Source: a virus
IMG/VR virus record: IMGVR_UViG_3300014202_001065
Length of the DNA: 64,000 nucleotides
Reading direction: 5' to 3' (one strand)
Under the pieces are notes generated by a model. It saw only the letters and a program-made list of their open reading frames with translations, had not been told where the DNA came from and made no database searches. Numbering within the stretch: the stretch's first letter is position 1; each line of letters begins with the position of its first letter. The translations under genes and the position numbers were made by a program. Of the stretch, positions 35,224 through 44,582 are shown one piece after another.

Positions 35224-37047
35224 ATGACCAAAGACAACCGGACCAACGCCGTGGTCGTCACCCGAAAAAAATCTGAACATGGCGGGCTGGCTCTAAAAGG
35301 GGAAATCCTCAACTCTGGGGTGGTTCCGGAGGACTGCCTCGACGCCAACGCCATGCAGGCGGCTGCAGGTTCGACCAACGTGCTGATTGCACCTTTGTAC
35401 CCCTATGCCCTACTGCGGCAACTGATTCGTGAGTCAGGTACCCTGCCAACCTGCATCGACGCGCTGGCCAACAACGTGGCTAACACTGGGTACGACACCT
35501 TGAAACGCGAAAAGGTGGATGCCAACGACGGGACCAAACCCGATGATAAGGCCAAGGCCATCCAAACGTTCTTCAACACCGTGTGGCCTGGTCAAGATGG
35601 TAAGGCCCTGATCAAGAGCACCGTTCGGGATCTGGAGAGTGTCGGTCGTTATTACTGGGAGGTCATCCGATCCAGTGATGGTGACATCATGCTACTGAAG
35701 GGTATCAAGCCGGATAACCTTCGACCGGTGAAACACAGCGAGACGGATAAGATCACCAAAACCATAAAGCTGATGCGGAATGGTAAAGAGGTTAGTATCC
35801 CCAACTTTGAGGTTTATGAGCGCCGCTTTGCCCGGGTTCACAGCTTGAGCACTGGTAACAAGACCGTCTACTTCAAAGAGTTCGGGGCAACGCGTGAGCT
35901 GAACCGTAGAACAGGCGAATGGGTTACAGACAAATCAGCATTGCAGGCTCTGACTCTAGGTGATCGAGCAACCGAGCTCATCGAGTTCAAGCTGGAAGAT
36001 AACGGAGCCCCGCGCTGGATTGCCGAGATCCGATCTGTCCTTGGGGAGCAGGAGGCGGCTGACCTCAATCTTGAGTTCTTCAATAACGGTGGGATCCCGC
36101 CTGTGGTCTTCGCGCTGTTGGGCGGGCAGATGACACCGGATAGTCGTCAGCGCTTTGAGGATGTGCTGACCGGGAAGGCCAAAGATAAGCTGGCCGCGGC
36201 GCTGATCGAGATTTACTCCACGGGTGGCTCGCTGGATAAAGAGGTGCCCGCCAAACTGGAGGTCCACAAGTTCGGCGCCGAATCAGCCAATGACGCTCTG
36301 TTCACCAAGTACATCGCTGATTGTGCAGCCCGCATTCGCCGCCGCTGGCGCCTGCCAGCTATCCTCACTGGCGACGCTGCTGAAATGTCCTATGCCACAG
36401 CCTTCGTCAGTTACATGATCGCAGAGGAGCAGGTCTTCGGCCCAATGCGTGGTGATCTCTACGACAGGATCAATGCTACCCTCCTGCAGGACGCCAGTAT
36501 GGGTGGCGGCGAATATGTGCTTAAACCGCGCCCGTTGATGGTGAAGGACACCAAACAGATGCAGGTGGCCATAGACAATGCCAAGAAAGAGAAGGCCATT
36601 GATAAGGAAGAGTACCTGCGCCAGCTGAACGCGTTGCTTTCTCTCGATATGGTACTTACTACGGAAGAGGATCAGCCCCAGACGAGCGATGGCTCTGACC
36701 TGGATCAGGTGGATACCACTGATCCCGCTGGCGATGGTAATAGCCGCACCGACGTAGGCAGCCTCACCCAGCAAGGCGTACCGGCTGAAGCCCCGCGTGA
36801 TTCGGCCAAGGCCGAGAAACTGGAGAACCATGTTGAGGCCGTACTGGCCCTGGCCACCCAGGTCGCGGCCTGTGTCGTTGAGGGATCGGTGGTTACACCC
36901 GAGCTGGTAGAGAAGATGGATACCCTGCGAGCAATAGACGGTGGTAACGCTGCCTTCCGCCATGCGTTCACGGCCCAGATCCTGTCGGCCGGCGCCGGTA
37001 CGGCAGCGGCAGGTTTGGTTGAGCGTGCGGGGTGCTGCGGTGGTTGA
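35224..37047 (+). CDS. Portal protein (PBSX-like)
   Basis: LIRESGTLPTCIDALANN, LESVGRYYWEV, FFNNGGIPP; first gene of the head module. Confidence 0.85.
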   Translation: MTKDNRTNAVVVTRKKSEHGGLALKGEILNSGVVPEDCLDANAMQAAAGSTNVLIAPLYPYALLRQLIRESGTLPTCIDALANNVANTGYDTLKREKVDANDGTKPDDKAKAIQTFFNTVWPGQDGKALIKSTVRDLESVGRYYWEVIRSSDGDIMLLKGIKPDNLRPVKHSETDKITKTIKLMRNGKEVSIPNFEVYERRFARVHSLSTGNKTVYFKEFGATRELNRRTGEWVTDKSALQALTLGDRATELIEFKLEDNGAPRWIAEIRSVLGEQEAADLNLEFFNNGGIPPVVFALLGGQMTPDSRQRFEDVLTGKAKDKLAAALIEIYSTGGSLDKEVPAKLEVHKFGAESANDALFTKYIADCAARIRRRWRLPAILTGDAAEMSYATAFVSYMIAEEQVFGPMRGDLYDRINATLLQDASMGGGEYVLKPRPLMVKDTKQMQVAIDNAKKEKAIDKEEYLRQLNALLSLDMVLTTEEDQPQTSDGSDLDQVDTTDPAGDGNSRTDVGSLTQQGVPAEAPRDSAKAEKLENHVEAVLALATQVAACVVEGSVVTPELVEKMDTLRAIDGGNAAFRHAFTAQILSAGAGTAAAGLVERAGCCGG

Positions 37048-38176
37048 GCCGCAAGCCTACATTGAGCTGGAAGAGGCCCAGGTCAATACAGGCATCAAGG
37101 CCCTCGATAAGGTTTCAGCCTCTTGGGTTGCAGGGTTCGGCCTGGCCCTTGAGGCTGGTGATCTGGATAAGGCGGCTGATCTGGCGTCCAACCTGGACCT
37201 GTCGGGTGCCAGTGCCCGGATAAAAAAAACCAGTCTGGTTCTGGCCGACAGCCTGGTTAACTTCGGAGCCGCCCAGTCCTTGAACGGCGATGAGTCCAGC
37301 ACTACGGTAGAACCCCTTCTTGATCCTCTGGTACTAAACACCCAAACCTTCATTCTTAATGCTCTGCAGACCGCGCAGACCAAGGCAGTGCAGGTGGCCC
37401 AGGGGATGGTGGGTGACGCGATGATGGCCAAGAAAGGTGAGGCTTTCAAAGCCGAAGTAGATGCCATCAAACCGCTGAAGGCTGCAGCCAACTCGCTGGC
37501 CATCAACCTTCAGCAGATGTCATCCCGGCTGGCCAGCTACGGCTACCTCCTGCAGGCCAAGCAGAATGGGGACGTGCTCTATATGCTGTCGGCTATTCTT
37601 GACGATCGGACCTCAGAATTTTGCCGGGCAATTCATGGCAAGATCATACCTGTCAAGGTTGGGATAGAGCGGGCGATATCCGTTATGGGGGCGTCTTCCC
37701 CTGAGGAGGCTGCGGCTTTGGCTCCCTGGCCAGTGCAGGACCAGGATACAATTACCCGCCTGAAGAAGGCGGGTTATGACGAACTTCTCAGTATGGGTTT
37801 CCTGTTACCGCCATTCCATCCGTGGTGTCGGACCATACTGCAGTTCGTGGATGTGGCCAATATCAGCACCATTATTACCTCCACTGAAACCGTAGGCACC
37901 GCGCCTTTGGCTTCAAGCGCCACACTGGCTTCGAATGCTCTCAGTGCCGTGGCCAACCCTGCCACCACGGCCTTTGACCTGTCGCTGCTGGGGGTCGGGG
38001 CTGCTATTTTGGCGGCCATTGCAGGGGATGACGGTGACTCCATTATTCTGCCAGGCTATGACACTGACACAGTGAAAGCCGCGCTGGAGGATATAGAAAC
38101 AGGAGACGGTACCCTGCAGATTATGGAACGGTACGGTATGTCCTGGTTTGAAGTCACGAAGCTCCGCAATTTGTAA
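37040..38176 (+). CDS. Head morphogenesis / minor head protein (gpF / SPP1 gp7-like)
   Basis: SAILDDRTSEFCRAIHG and PPFHPWCR; start uncertain. Confidence 0.8.
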   Translation: MVEPQAYIELEEAQVNTGIKALDKVSASWVAGFGLALEAGDLDKAADLASNLDLSGASARIKKTSLVLADSLVNFGAAQSLNGDESSTTVEPLLDPLVLNTQTFILNALQTAQTKAVQVAQGMVGDAMMAKKGEAFKAEVDAIKPLKAAANSLAINLQQMSSRLASYGYLLQAKQNGDVLYMLSAILDDRTSEFCRAIHGKIIPVKVGIERAISVMGASSPEEAAALAPWPVQDQDTITRLKKAGYDELLSMGFLLPPFHPWCRTILQFVDVANISTIITSTETVGTAPLASSATLASNALSAVANPATTAFDLSLLGVGAAILAAIAGDDGDSIILPGYDTDTVKAALEDIETGDGTLQIMERYGMSWFEVTKLRNL

Positions 38177-38188
38177 CCTTTGACCGCT

Positions 38189-38210
38189 GTGGGCCTCGTG
38201 CCCACTTTTT
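38189..38210 (+). terminator. Rho-independent terminator
   Basis: GTGGGC-CTCGT-GCCCAC followed by T5. Confidence 0.65.
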
Positions 38211-38275
38211 CTGTTGCCTTCCATAGAAAAAATCTGTGACAATAGCCACATCTTTTTGCGCCCCGGGTTTCAATC

Positions 38276-38896
38276 ATGCTGACAGCCATTGCACAGGTAA
38301 AAAAAAGCGATGCCTATGAGCAGATCGTCATGGCTGAGGTTTACATACCCTACAGTCTTGATGCCGATCAGGAGTTTATGACGCCGGCCGAGATCAAGAA
38401 GCTGGCCTACGCCTTTCTGGGGAAGCAGCTCACACGCCACGTTGACACCAACCACGACAACGAAGCCAATGGTGCGGTTGTCGTGGAGTCCTTCATAGCC
38501 AGAGAAGGTGACCCGATCTTCATCAAAGATTCTTGGGTTGTCGCCATGTGGTTGCCCATGGATCTATTCCAGCGGGTACTGGATGGGGAGCTTAACGGCT
38601 TCTCCATACAGATGAACGTGCTGCGGGAAGACAAGATGCTTGAGTTCGACCTGCCCGAGGTCTTTTATGGCGAGACCACCGAAGTGCAGGGGCACAAGCA
38701 TGTTTACAAGATTTATCTGAATAGTGACGGTAATTTTGGGGGTGGTGTGACCGCTCTTGGCGGAGCCGAGGATGACCAGCATTTTCACTACATAATGCAG
38801 GGGACCTTCACCGGCGATGCAGGCAGTGAGCCACACCACCACAACTTCGAGTTCATCAGTGTTTACGTTGATGGTAATCCAGTGGTGCTGTCATGA
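38276..38896 (+). CDS. Prohead protease (XkdF-like)
   Basis: IVMAEVYIP, DTNH, VVESFIA, SWVV and GELNGFSI. Confidence 0.85.
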   Translation: MLTAIAQVKKSDAYEQIVMAEVYIPYSLDADQEFMTPAEIKKLAYAFLGKQLTRHVDTNHDNEANGAVVVESFIAREGDPIFIKDSWVVAMWLPMDLFQRVLDGELNGFSIQMNVLREDKMLEFDLPEVFYGETTEVQGHKHVYKIYLNSDGNFGGGVTALGGAEDDQHFHYIMQGTFTGDAGSEPHHHNFEFISVYVDGNPVVLS

Positions 38897-40008
38897 AAAA
38901 AGTAGTGCCTGCCACAGAAATGACGAATGCCGACCCAACGTGGTTGTCTCTCGTTGATCGCGGGGCGAATCGTCGCCCCATCCAAGTAGTCAAACAGGAG
39001 GGCTCAACCATGCCCGGTTCCAATGCACAACAGCGTCTTGACCTGTCAGCTATGATCAATAGCTACCGGGCTCAGGCGACTAAGGCAGACGCGGTGGTTA
39101 AGCCTTCGCTGCAAGCCATCATAGTTCCGGCCGGCCAGGGCGAAGCTCTCAAGTCCGAGATCGAAGCCAACGCCGAGACTGGGCTCCCTGCCGTCGTAGC
39201 CATGCACAGCGATGCTGAAAGCGGTCTTGATTTCCTGCTCTTCTCCGACAGCATTGACCCCGAAGCCACCACCTACACCGTGGGTGATACTGGCCTGGTT
39301 GTTGCCAACGTGAAGAAGTACGTAAGCACCTGGTCCGATAGCGAATCCTTCGCAGAGAACATTGCCAAGTCTGGCCTGTACTCTGACATCTGGAATGCAC
39401 TGAACACTGCCGACGCCACCATTTACAATGCGCTGGATAACTCCTCCACCCCTGAGGAGGCCCTTGCCAGCGTAAATACCATCGTGAGCGAGCTGGGTAC
39501 TTATCTGCAGGGTGTGATCCGGGCGCTGCCGACTACAGCCTTCAAAGCTGAGAAGGTGCTGAGTGCCTATGTTGCCAAGCGCGATGCGGCCCCTGTAGTG
39601 GTTGAAGTGGTCAAAACGGATGAGATCACACCTGCGGTTGTTGACCCAGTGGTAGCGGTTGACCCTATTGCGGTGGACCCGGCCGTAGTGGTTGACACCC
39701 AAACTGCTGAGACTACACCGGAAGCCGCACCCGCGCCGCTGACTCTGGACGCCATTGTCGCAGCACTGGGTCCCGTCCTGGACGAGAAAATTACTGCACT
39801 GAAAGGCGATCTTGGTGCTAAAGTGGAAACCGTTGTAGAAACTGTGACGGCCGTCTCATCTTTGGCAGAGAAAGCAGATCTGGCAGTTAAGCAGCTGGGG
39901 TCAACCCTGGTTGGGACCACCGCCGACAACCCGGACACTACTGTCCAGGCTCCGGCTGTTAAAACCGAATCCGCCCCGGCCGTCCGCGACAGCTGGGAAC
40001 GGGCATAA
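38893..40008 (+). CDS. Scaffold-like head protein
   Basis: N-terminal LSLVDRGAN motif; acidic, Ala/Val-rich; between protease and capsid genes. Confidence 0.75.
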   Translation: MKKVVPATEMTNADPTWLSLVDRGANRRPIQVVKQEGSTMPGSNAQQRLDLSAMINSYRAQATKADAVVKPSLQAIIVPAGQGEALKSEIEANAETGLPAVVAMHSDAESGLDFLLFSDSIDPEATTYTVGDTGLVVANVKKYVSTWSDSESFAENIAKSGLYSDIWNALNTADATIYNALDNSSTPEEALASVNTIVSELGTYLQGVIRALPTTAFKAEKVLSAYVAKRDAAPVVVEVVKTDEITPAVVDPVVAVDPIAVDPAVVVDTQTAETTPEAAPAPLTLDAIVAALGPVLDEKITALKGDLGAKVETVVETVTAVSSLAEKADLAVKQLGSTLVGTTADNPDTTVQAPAVKTESAPAVRDSWERA

Positions 40009-40049
40009 ACGACGCGATGACCGCGTAACAACTCCACGAGGACACAACA

Positions 40050-41039
40050 ATGTCTACTCAAGTACGTGAAATGCTGGCGAAGAAAGCGGATCTGGTCATC
40101 GCTGACTTCCAAACCAACGGCGGCCTGCTCAGCCCCGATCAGGGCGACATGTTCCTGCGCGAAATCCTGAAGCAGCCTACCATGCTCAACCGTGTGCGTG
40201 TTGTGCAGATGCGTTCCTCCGAGGTCGAGATCAACAAGATCGGCTTCGGCAAGCGCATCATGCGTGCCGCAACCGAGAACGTGGGTCTGGCCGAGGGTGA
40301 GCGCTCCAAAGTTGTCACTTCCAAGCTGACTCTCGTCAGCAAAGAAGCGATCGCTGAAGTTCGCCTGCCCTATCAGGTTATCGAAGATGCGCTGGAGCAA
40401 GCCTCAGTCAACTTCGGCGACCCGACCACCATGCCTACTGGCCAGTTCGTGAACACCATTATCGAGCTGATCGCGGCCCGAGCCACTTTGGACATCGAAG
40501 ATGCCATGCTGAATGGTGATACTGCTCGCAGCATTCAGCCGGGTGAAACTGCAGGCGAACACGCCTTTATGTCTCAGCACGATGGTTGGTTGAAACTGGC
40601 CCTGTCCAGCAATACCGTTGACTTCGCGGATGCGAAGATCTCCCGGCCGCTGCTGAAAAAAGCCCTGCAGACCCTCCCGGGTGAATACCTGCGTGACCGT
40701 TCCAACATGGCGTTCTTCGTCTCCAACTCGCAAGAGATTGAGTACCAGGACACCCTGGCCGGTCGCGAAACACCGATGGGCGATCTGCGCCACAACGACA
40801 CATCTACTGCCCGTGCGGCGGGTGTGCCTGTTGTGCCTGTCCCGATGATGCCCGACGAGTCAGGCATTCTGTGCAACCCGCAGAACCTGATCTTCGGTAT
40901 TCGCCGTGACGTGTCCATGGAGTTCCAGCGCGACATCAGCGCCCGCTCCTGGAAGGTCGTGGTGACCGTCCGCATCTGCCCTCGCGTAGAGTGGCTGGAT
41001 GCCGTGGTTGGCCTCGAGAACATCGGCGCCGTCCTGTGA
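40050..41039 (+). CDS. Major capsid protein (HK97 fold)
   Basis: GGLLSPDQGDMFL, position in module, strong codon bias, followed by a terminator. Confidence 0.9.
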   Translation: MSTQVREMLAKKADLVIADFQTNGGLLSPDQGDMFLREILKQPTMLNRVRVVQMRSSEVEINKIGFGKRIMRAATENVGLAEGERSKVVTSKLTLVSKEAIAEVRLPYQVIEDALEQASVNFGDPTTMPTGQFVNTIIELIAARATLDIEDAMLNGDTARSIQPGETAGEHAFMSQHDGWLKLALSSNTVDFADAKISRPLLKKALQTLPGEYLRDRSNMAFFVSNSQEIEYQDTLAGRETPMGDLRHNDTSTARAAGVPVVPVPMMPDESGILCNPQNLIFGIRRDVSMEFQRDISARSWKVVVTVRICPRVEWLDAVVGLENIGAVL

Positions 41040-41040
41040 T

Positions 41041-41070
41041 AGGTTGGGGGTTTCGGCCCCCAATCTTCTT
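41041..41070 (+). terminator. Rho-independent terminator
   Basis: AGGTTGGGGGT-TTCG-GCCCCCAATCT-TCTT. Confidence 0.7.
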
Positions 41071-41098
41071 ACCTGATCGTTATTGAAGGATTTTCATC

Positions 41099-41467
41099 AT
41101 GGCAAAAGCACCCGCAGCAAAAAACGCCGTTCGCCTCTGGCTGGTTGGTAAAAACTCCTACAAACTTCTGGGTACCACTATCCCCCAGGTTAAGCGTGGT
41201 GGGAGTGCGTCCTTCCCGGCTGAAAAAGCCGCCCAGCTTCTGAAGCAGTACGGCACAATCATGCGTAATGGCACTGTGGTCAGCGTACCCGCTTTCGTTG
41301 ACAGTGCTCAGCTGGCCTCGGGCTTCCTGGGCTACGATGTGGACAAGGCTACCGTGACTACCACCCTGGGTGGAGAGCCCGCAACTGATCTGGGCTCGGA
41401 GCCGGATCATGTGGAGATCACCACCCCGCAGAACGCGCAACAACAGGGCGGCATGAACATAGGCTAA
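41099..41467 (+). CDS. Hypothetical head-associated protein
   Basis: Between the capsid and head-tail genes; SD GAAGGA. Confidence 0.75.
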   Translation: MAKAPAAKNAVRLWLVGKNSYKLLGTTIPQVKRGGSASFPAEKAAQLLKQYGTIMRNGTVVSVPAFVDSAQLASGFLGYDVDKATVTTTLGGEPATDLGSEPDHVEITTPQNAQQQGGMNIG

Positions 41468-41495
41468 GGCCACGCTCTGGAAAGAGGTTTACCCA

Positions 41496-42098
41496 ATGCG
41501 ACTCCTGACTGTAGAAAGCGTCCTTACGCAACTGAACGTTCAATCCACATCCAAAGTTGATGAGATTGTTCGAGGCAGCATCCTGATGGCGTCCGCTCAT
41601 CTGGAGTCGTATTTAAAAACATCTTTCGTCCAAGGAGAAACCACAGACGTCTACTATGTCAGTGGTAAGGACAAGACCCGCGATAAACGCATCCAATCTT
41701 TCATTCTCAGCAAGGCCTTTGTAGCCAGCAGCCCAGCCTTGACCTTCGAGATCGAAGGCAAGGTCTTGGGTGACACTGAATATCTCCTGCACACCGGCAC
41801 CGGTAAGCTGGTCACGCTGAAGGGCCCGCACCGCGGATCCATCACAGCCACCTACACCTATGGCTTCCCGTTCGTGGTAGACGCGTCCCTGAAGGGGGCA
41901 GGCGACCTGATCCCTGCAGATCCAGCCGATTTGCCGCAGGCTCTACTGCAGGCTGCGATGATCCTGTCCAGCATGTACTACCGATTGTCGGCAGAGTGCA
42001 AAGACGAACAAGACTGTTACCTGAAGAGCTTCGGTCGTGCAGCCATGCTACTGGACGCCTATGACCGCAGACTCTGCCATGGGTTCTTACCACTATGA
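41496..42098 (+). CDS. Head-tail adaptor (gp6-like)
   Basis: ASAHLESYL, TYTYGF, PQALLQA; position in module. Confidence 0.7.
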   Translation: MRLLTVESVLTQLNVQSTSKVDEIVRGSILMASAHLESYLKTSFVQGETTDVYYVSGKDKTRDKRIQSFILSKAFVASSPALTFEIEGKVLGDTEYLLHTGTGKLVTLKGPHRGSITATYTYGFPFVVDASLKGAGDLIPADPADLPQALLQAAMILSSMYYRLSAECKDEQDCYLKSFGRAAMLLDAYDRRLCHGFLPL

Positions 42099-42517
42099 TC
42101 AAGGTAACCGTCACCGGTGATAATCAGCTGCAGGCACACCTGGCATTGCTCCAGGCCACGCTTGAGGATGGCAGCATCCTGGACATGGCCCTTGAAGTTT
42201 CTCTGCGCAACACCCGGGCCCGCTTCCTCGGTCGAGTAACGCCTGATGGTGATCCTTGGCCAGAGTCTCGAGCGGGTGCCAAGAGGGCGGCGGCCAAGGG
42301 CGCACCTTTCGGCACCCTCTACGATACGGGAAACCTCTTCAGTTCGCTGTCCTCGGAAAAGATCGACAATTTCAATGGCGCCGTTTTCCAAGACGATGCC
42401 ATAGCCCCTTACGGTATTGACCTTTATGATGTCTGGGATTTCCTCGGGGCATCTGATGAGGACACCGCCGAGTTCACCGGCAACGCGCTGGAAATGCTTT
42501 TGAAAGGATGGAAGTGA
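42095..42517 (+). CDS. Virion morphogenesis / tail completion protein (Mu gpG-like)
   Basis: RFLGRVTPDGDPWP and LYDTGNLFSS. Confidence 0.75.
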   Translation: MIKVTVTGDNQLQAHLALLQATLEDGSILDMALEVSLRNTRARFLGRVTPDGDPWPESRAGAKRAAAKGAPFGTLYDTGNLFSSLSSEKIDNFNGAVFQDDAIAPYGIDLYDVWDFLGASDEDTAEFTGNALEMLLKGWK

Positions 42518-42945
42518 TGGCAACCCTTATTGATATGGCGAACGACCTGCTGGACAAGGCCAAGACCGTAGTGACCGATGGCGTCACCTGTTACACCCAT
42601 GATCAACTGGCCAAGATGAGCAAGCTGCTTACGGTACCGGCTGTAGCCGTCACCTACGTTCGGCGTAGCAAGAAGAGTTCAGGGGAAACCCGGGGCGTTG
42701 CGACGACGGTGACCTTTGGACTTTATGTTATGGGTGATAGCATCCCGTGTACCGGCACAGACGGCTCTACTGCGGTAGTGAGTATTCTGGATGCAATCGA
42801 GCGAGTGAAAGACGCTATAGAGGACACGGACAGCCCCTCTTTTCACAAATGGACTTTCAACTCTGAAGTGCCGGTGACCTACAAAATGGATGACGGCTCC
42901 TCGGTGATGGGTTATGTGCAGCTATGGGAAACCACCCAGCCATAG
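42517..42945 (+). CDS. Tail terminator-like protein
   Basis: PAVAVTY pattern; directly upstream of the tail tube gene. Confidence 0.65.
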   Translation: MATLIDMANDLLDKAKTVVTDGVTCYTHDQLAKMSKLLTVPAVAVTYVRRSKKSSGETRGVATTVTFGLYVMGDSIPCTGTDGSTAVVSILDAIERVKDAIEDTDSPSFHKWTFNSEVPVTYKMDDGSSVMGYVQLWETTQP

Positions 42946-43008
42946 TATAAACTGTGACGGCTGTCGTACTTTTTATTCAACACAGAAACCCGATTGGAGG
43001 GTTAGATT

Positions 43009-43797
43009 ATGGCTATTGGCACTGGTGCACCCGTTGTCACCTCAATTTACTACTCCGGTCAGGGTCGTTGCCTCATGGGCACTCGTGACACTGTAACCGG
43101 TAAACCCCTGGGCCTCGTCACCATCGGTAACGTGCCGGAGCTGACCATCGGTATCGAAGAGACCAAGGAAGAGCACAAAGAATCCTGGTCCGGTCAGCGT
43201 GCTATCGATGACACCCTGGTTACTGAAACCAAGGTAAACGTGACCATCACCTTTGAGTCGCTGTCCCCGGCGAATATTGCGCTGGGCCTGAAGGCCACTG
43301 TGACTACTGAAGCCGCAGGCGTTGCTGTTCCTCAGACCATCCAGCTCTACAAAGGCAAATGGACCATGCTGAACCACCTGAAGGTTTCCGCCTTTGCGTT
43401 TGCCACACCGGCAGACCCGGACCTCGGCGACCTTACCGTGGAAGATCTGGTTCTGGACGCGGATGGTGGCATGGTTCAGCTGGCGGAAGCTTATGCCGGT
43501 ACCTATGTGGATGGCGACGAAATTGACGTTACCTACAGCCACGCCGCTCAACTCGACGTGCAGGGCATGACCAATAGTGCCAACGCCGAGCGCTATTTCG
43601 TATTCCGGGGGCTCAATACCAAGAATGCCAAGCAAGTACGCTTGGAGATCCCGCGCCTGGAGATTGCCCCGTTCACTGAGCTGGGCAAGATCAACGATAC
43701 GCTGGCATCCGTATCCGTGACGGCCTCAGCGCTGGCTGACCCGCTGATCACCACTGTCGGCAAGTCCCAGTTCTTCGCCGAGAAGTACGAATCCTGA
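43009..43797 (+). CDS. Major tail (tube) protein
   Basis: YYSGQGR, TIGNVPEL, KEEHKESWSG; no sheath gene nearby. Confidence 0.85.
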   Translation: MAIGTGAPVVTSIYYSGQGRCLMGTRDTVTGKPLGLVTIGNVPELTIGIEETKEEHKESWSGQRAIDDTLVTETKVNVTITFESLSPANIALGLKATVTTEAAGVAVPQTIQLYKGKWTMLNHLKVSAFAFATPADPDLGDLTVEDLVLDADGGMVQLAEAYAGTYVDGDEIDVTYSHAAQLDVQGMTNSANAERYFVFRGLNTKNAKQVRLEIPRLEIAPFTELGKINDTLASVSVTASALADPLITTVGKSQFFAEKYES

Positions 43798-43828
43798 TTG
43801 TGACGTCGATCACAGAGAGTGTATGATG

Positions 43829-43852
43829 ACGGAGGCTTCGGCCTCCGTTTTT
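43829..43852 (+). terminator. Rho-independent terminator
   Basis: ACGGAGGC-TTCG-GCCTCCGT-TTTT. Confidence 0.8.
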
Positions 43853-43871
43853 ATATTCAACGAGGTGCACC

Positions 43872-44366
43872 ATGCAAGAAGTAACAACCCCCCGCTATGA
43901 GCTGACCGATCTACAGTCACTGGCGGAAACAAGCACACCTGTGCCTGTTGGTAATGGCAAAGCACTCATGGTCTACGGCTTGCCTTTTGATCAGATGATG
44001 GCACTGTTCAGTGGCTACTTGACCTACCTGGATGAGATTCTTGACCCCGCCGGCAACTTCGTTAAGACATCCGACCTTGTAGCCCGCATGCTGACCGAGG
44101 CCCCGGAGCTTATTGCCCGCACCATCTGTTTGGCCTGCCGATACGAGACCTCCGAGCAAAACATGAAATGGGCTGCCAACTGTGCAGCCGGTGTGCAAAC
44201 CGCCATTGTGGTGGAAGCCCTGCAGCTTACCTTCCCTGACGGCGAACTGCTGGGAAAGTTCTGGGCCCAAGTAGAGAAGCTTGTGGGGACGTTCTCCAAC
44301 CAGTTGGCTTTAAAATTAACGGTGGCGGCGGCAATGGGCAGTCAAAAGGCGACACCTACCTCTTGA
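43872..44366 (+). CDS. Tail assembly chaperone (G)
   Basis: Between the tail tube and tape measure genes. Confidence 0.8.
   Translation: MQEVTTPRYELTDLQSLAETSTPVPVGNGKALMVYGLPFDQMMALFSGYLTYLDEILDPAGNFVKTSDLVARMLTEAPELIARTICLACRYETSEQNMKWAANCAAGVQTAIVVEALQLTFPDGELLGKFWAQVEKLVGTFSNQLALKLTVAAAMGSQKATPTS
44309..44315 (+). other. Programmed -1 frameshift site T-TTA-AAA (G/GT chaperones)
   Basis: X-XXY-YYZ heptamer in the correct codon phase; the -1 frame is open to 44572. Confidence 0.75.
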
Positions 44367-44572
44367 TTGGACAGGCCCTGGAGGCGGTGGTATCGAAGCA
44401 GGGCCCTGGCGTCCTCTCACGCTACACCCTTGGTCAGATCCTGCACTGGTACTACTTGGGCGTGAAACGGGAACGAAAAGAAATGGCCTTACTGCTGAAC
44501 GTGGTGGCAGTCGGGGCACAAGGATCCGCTAAAGGCATTGAGGCAACGCTAAAAGAGATCGGCGCCTCGTAG
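44363..44572 (+). CDS. C-terminal part of the frameshifted tail chaperone (GT)
   Basis: In the -1 frame of the upstream ORF and reachable from 44309 without a stop. Confidence 0.7.
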   Translation: MIGQALEAVVSKQGPGVLSRYTLGQILHWYYLGVKRERKEMALLLNVVAVGAQGSAKGIEATLKEIGAS

Positions 44573-44582
44573 GAGAAAGATC

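Noticed and set aside
42953-42968. CRP-like box TGTGA-CGGCTG-TCGTA before the tail tube gene
   Set aside because: The right half is poor and there is no -10 at the 21-nt spacing; too weak to count.
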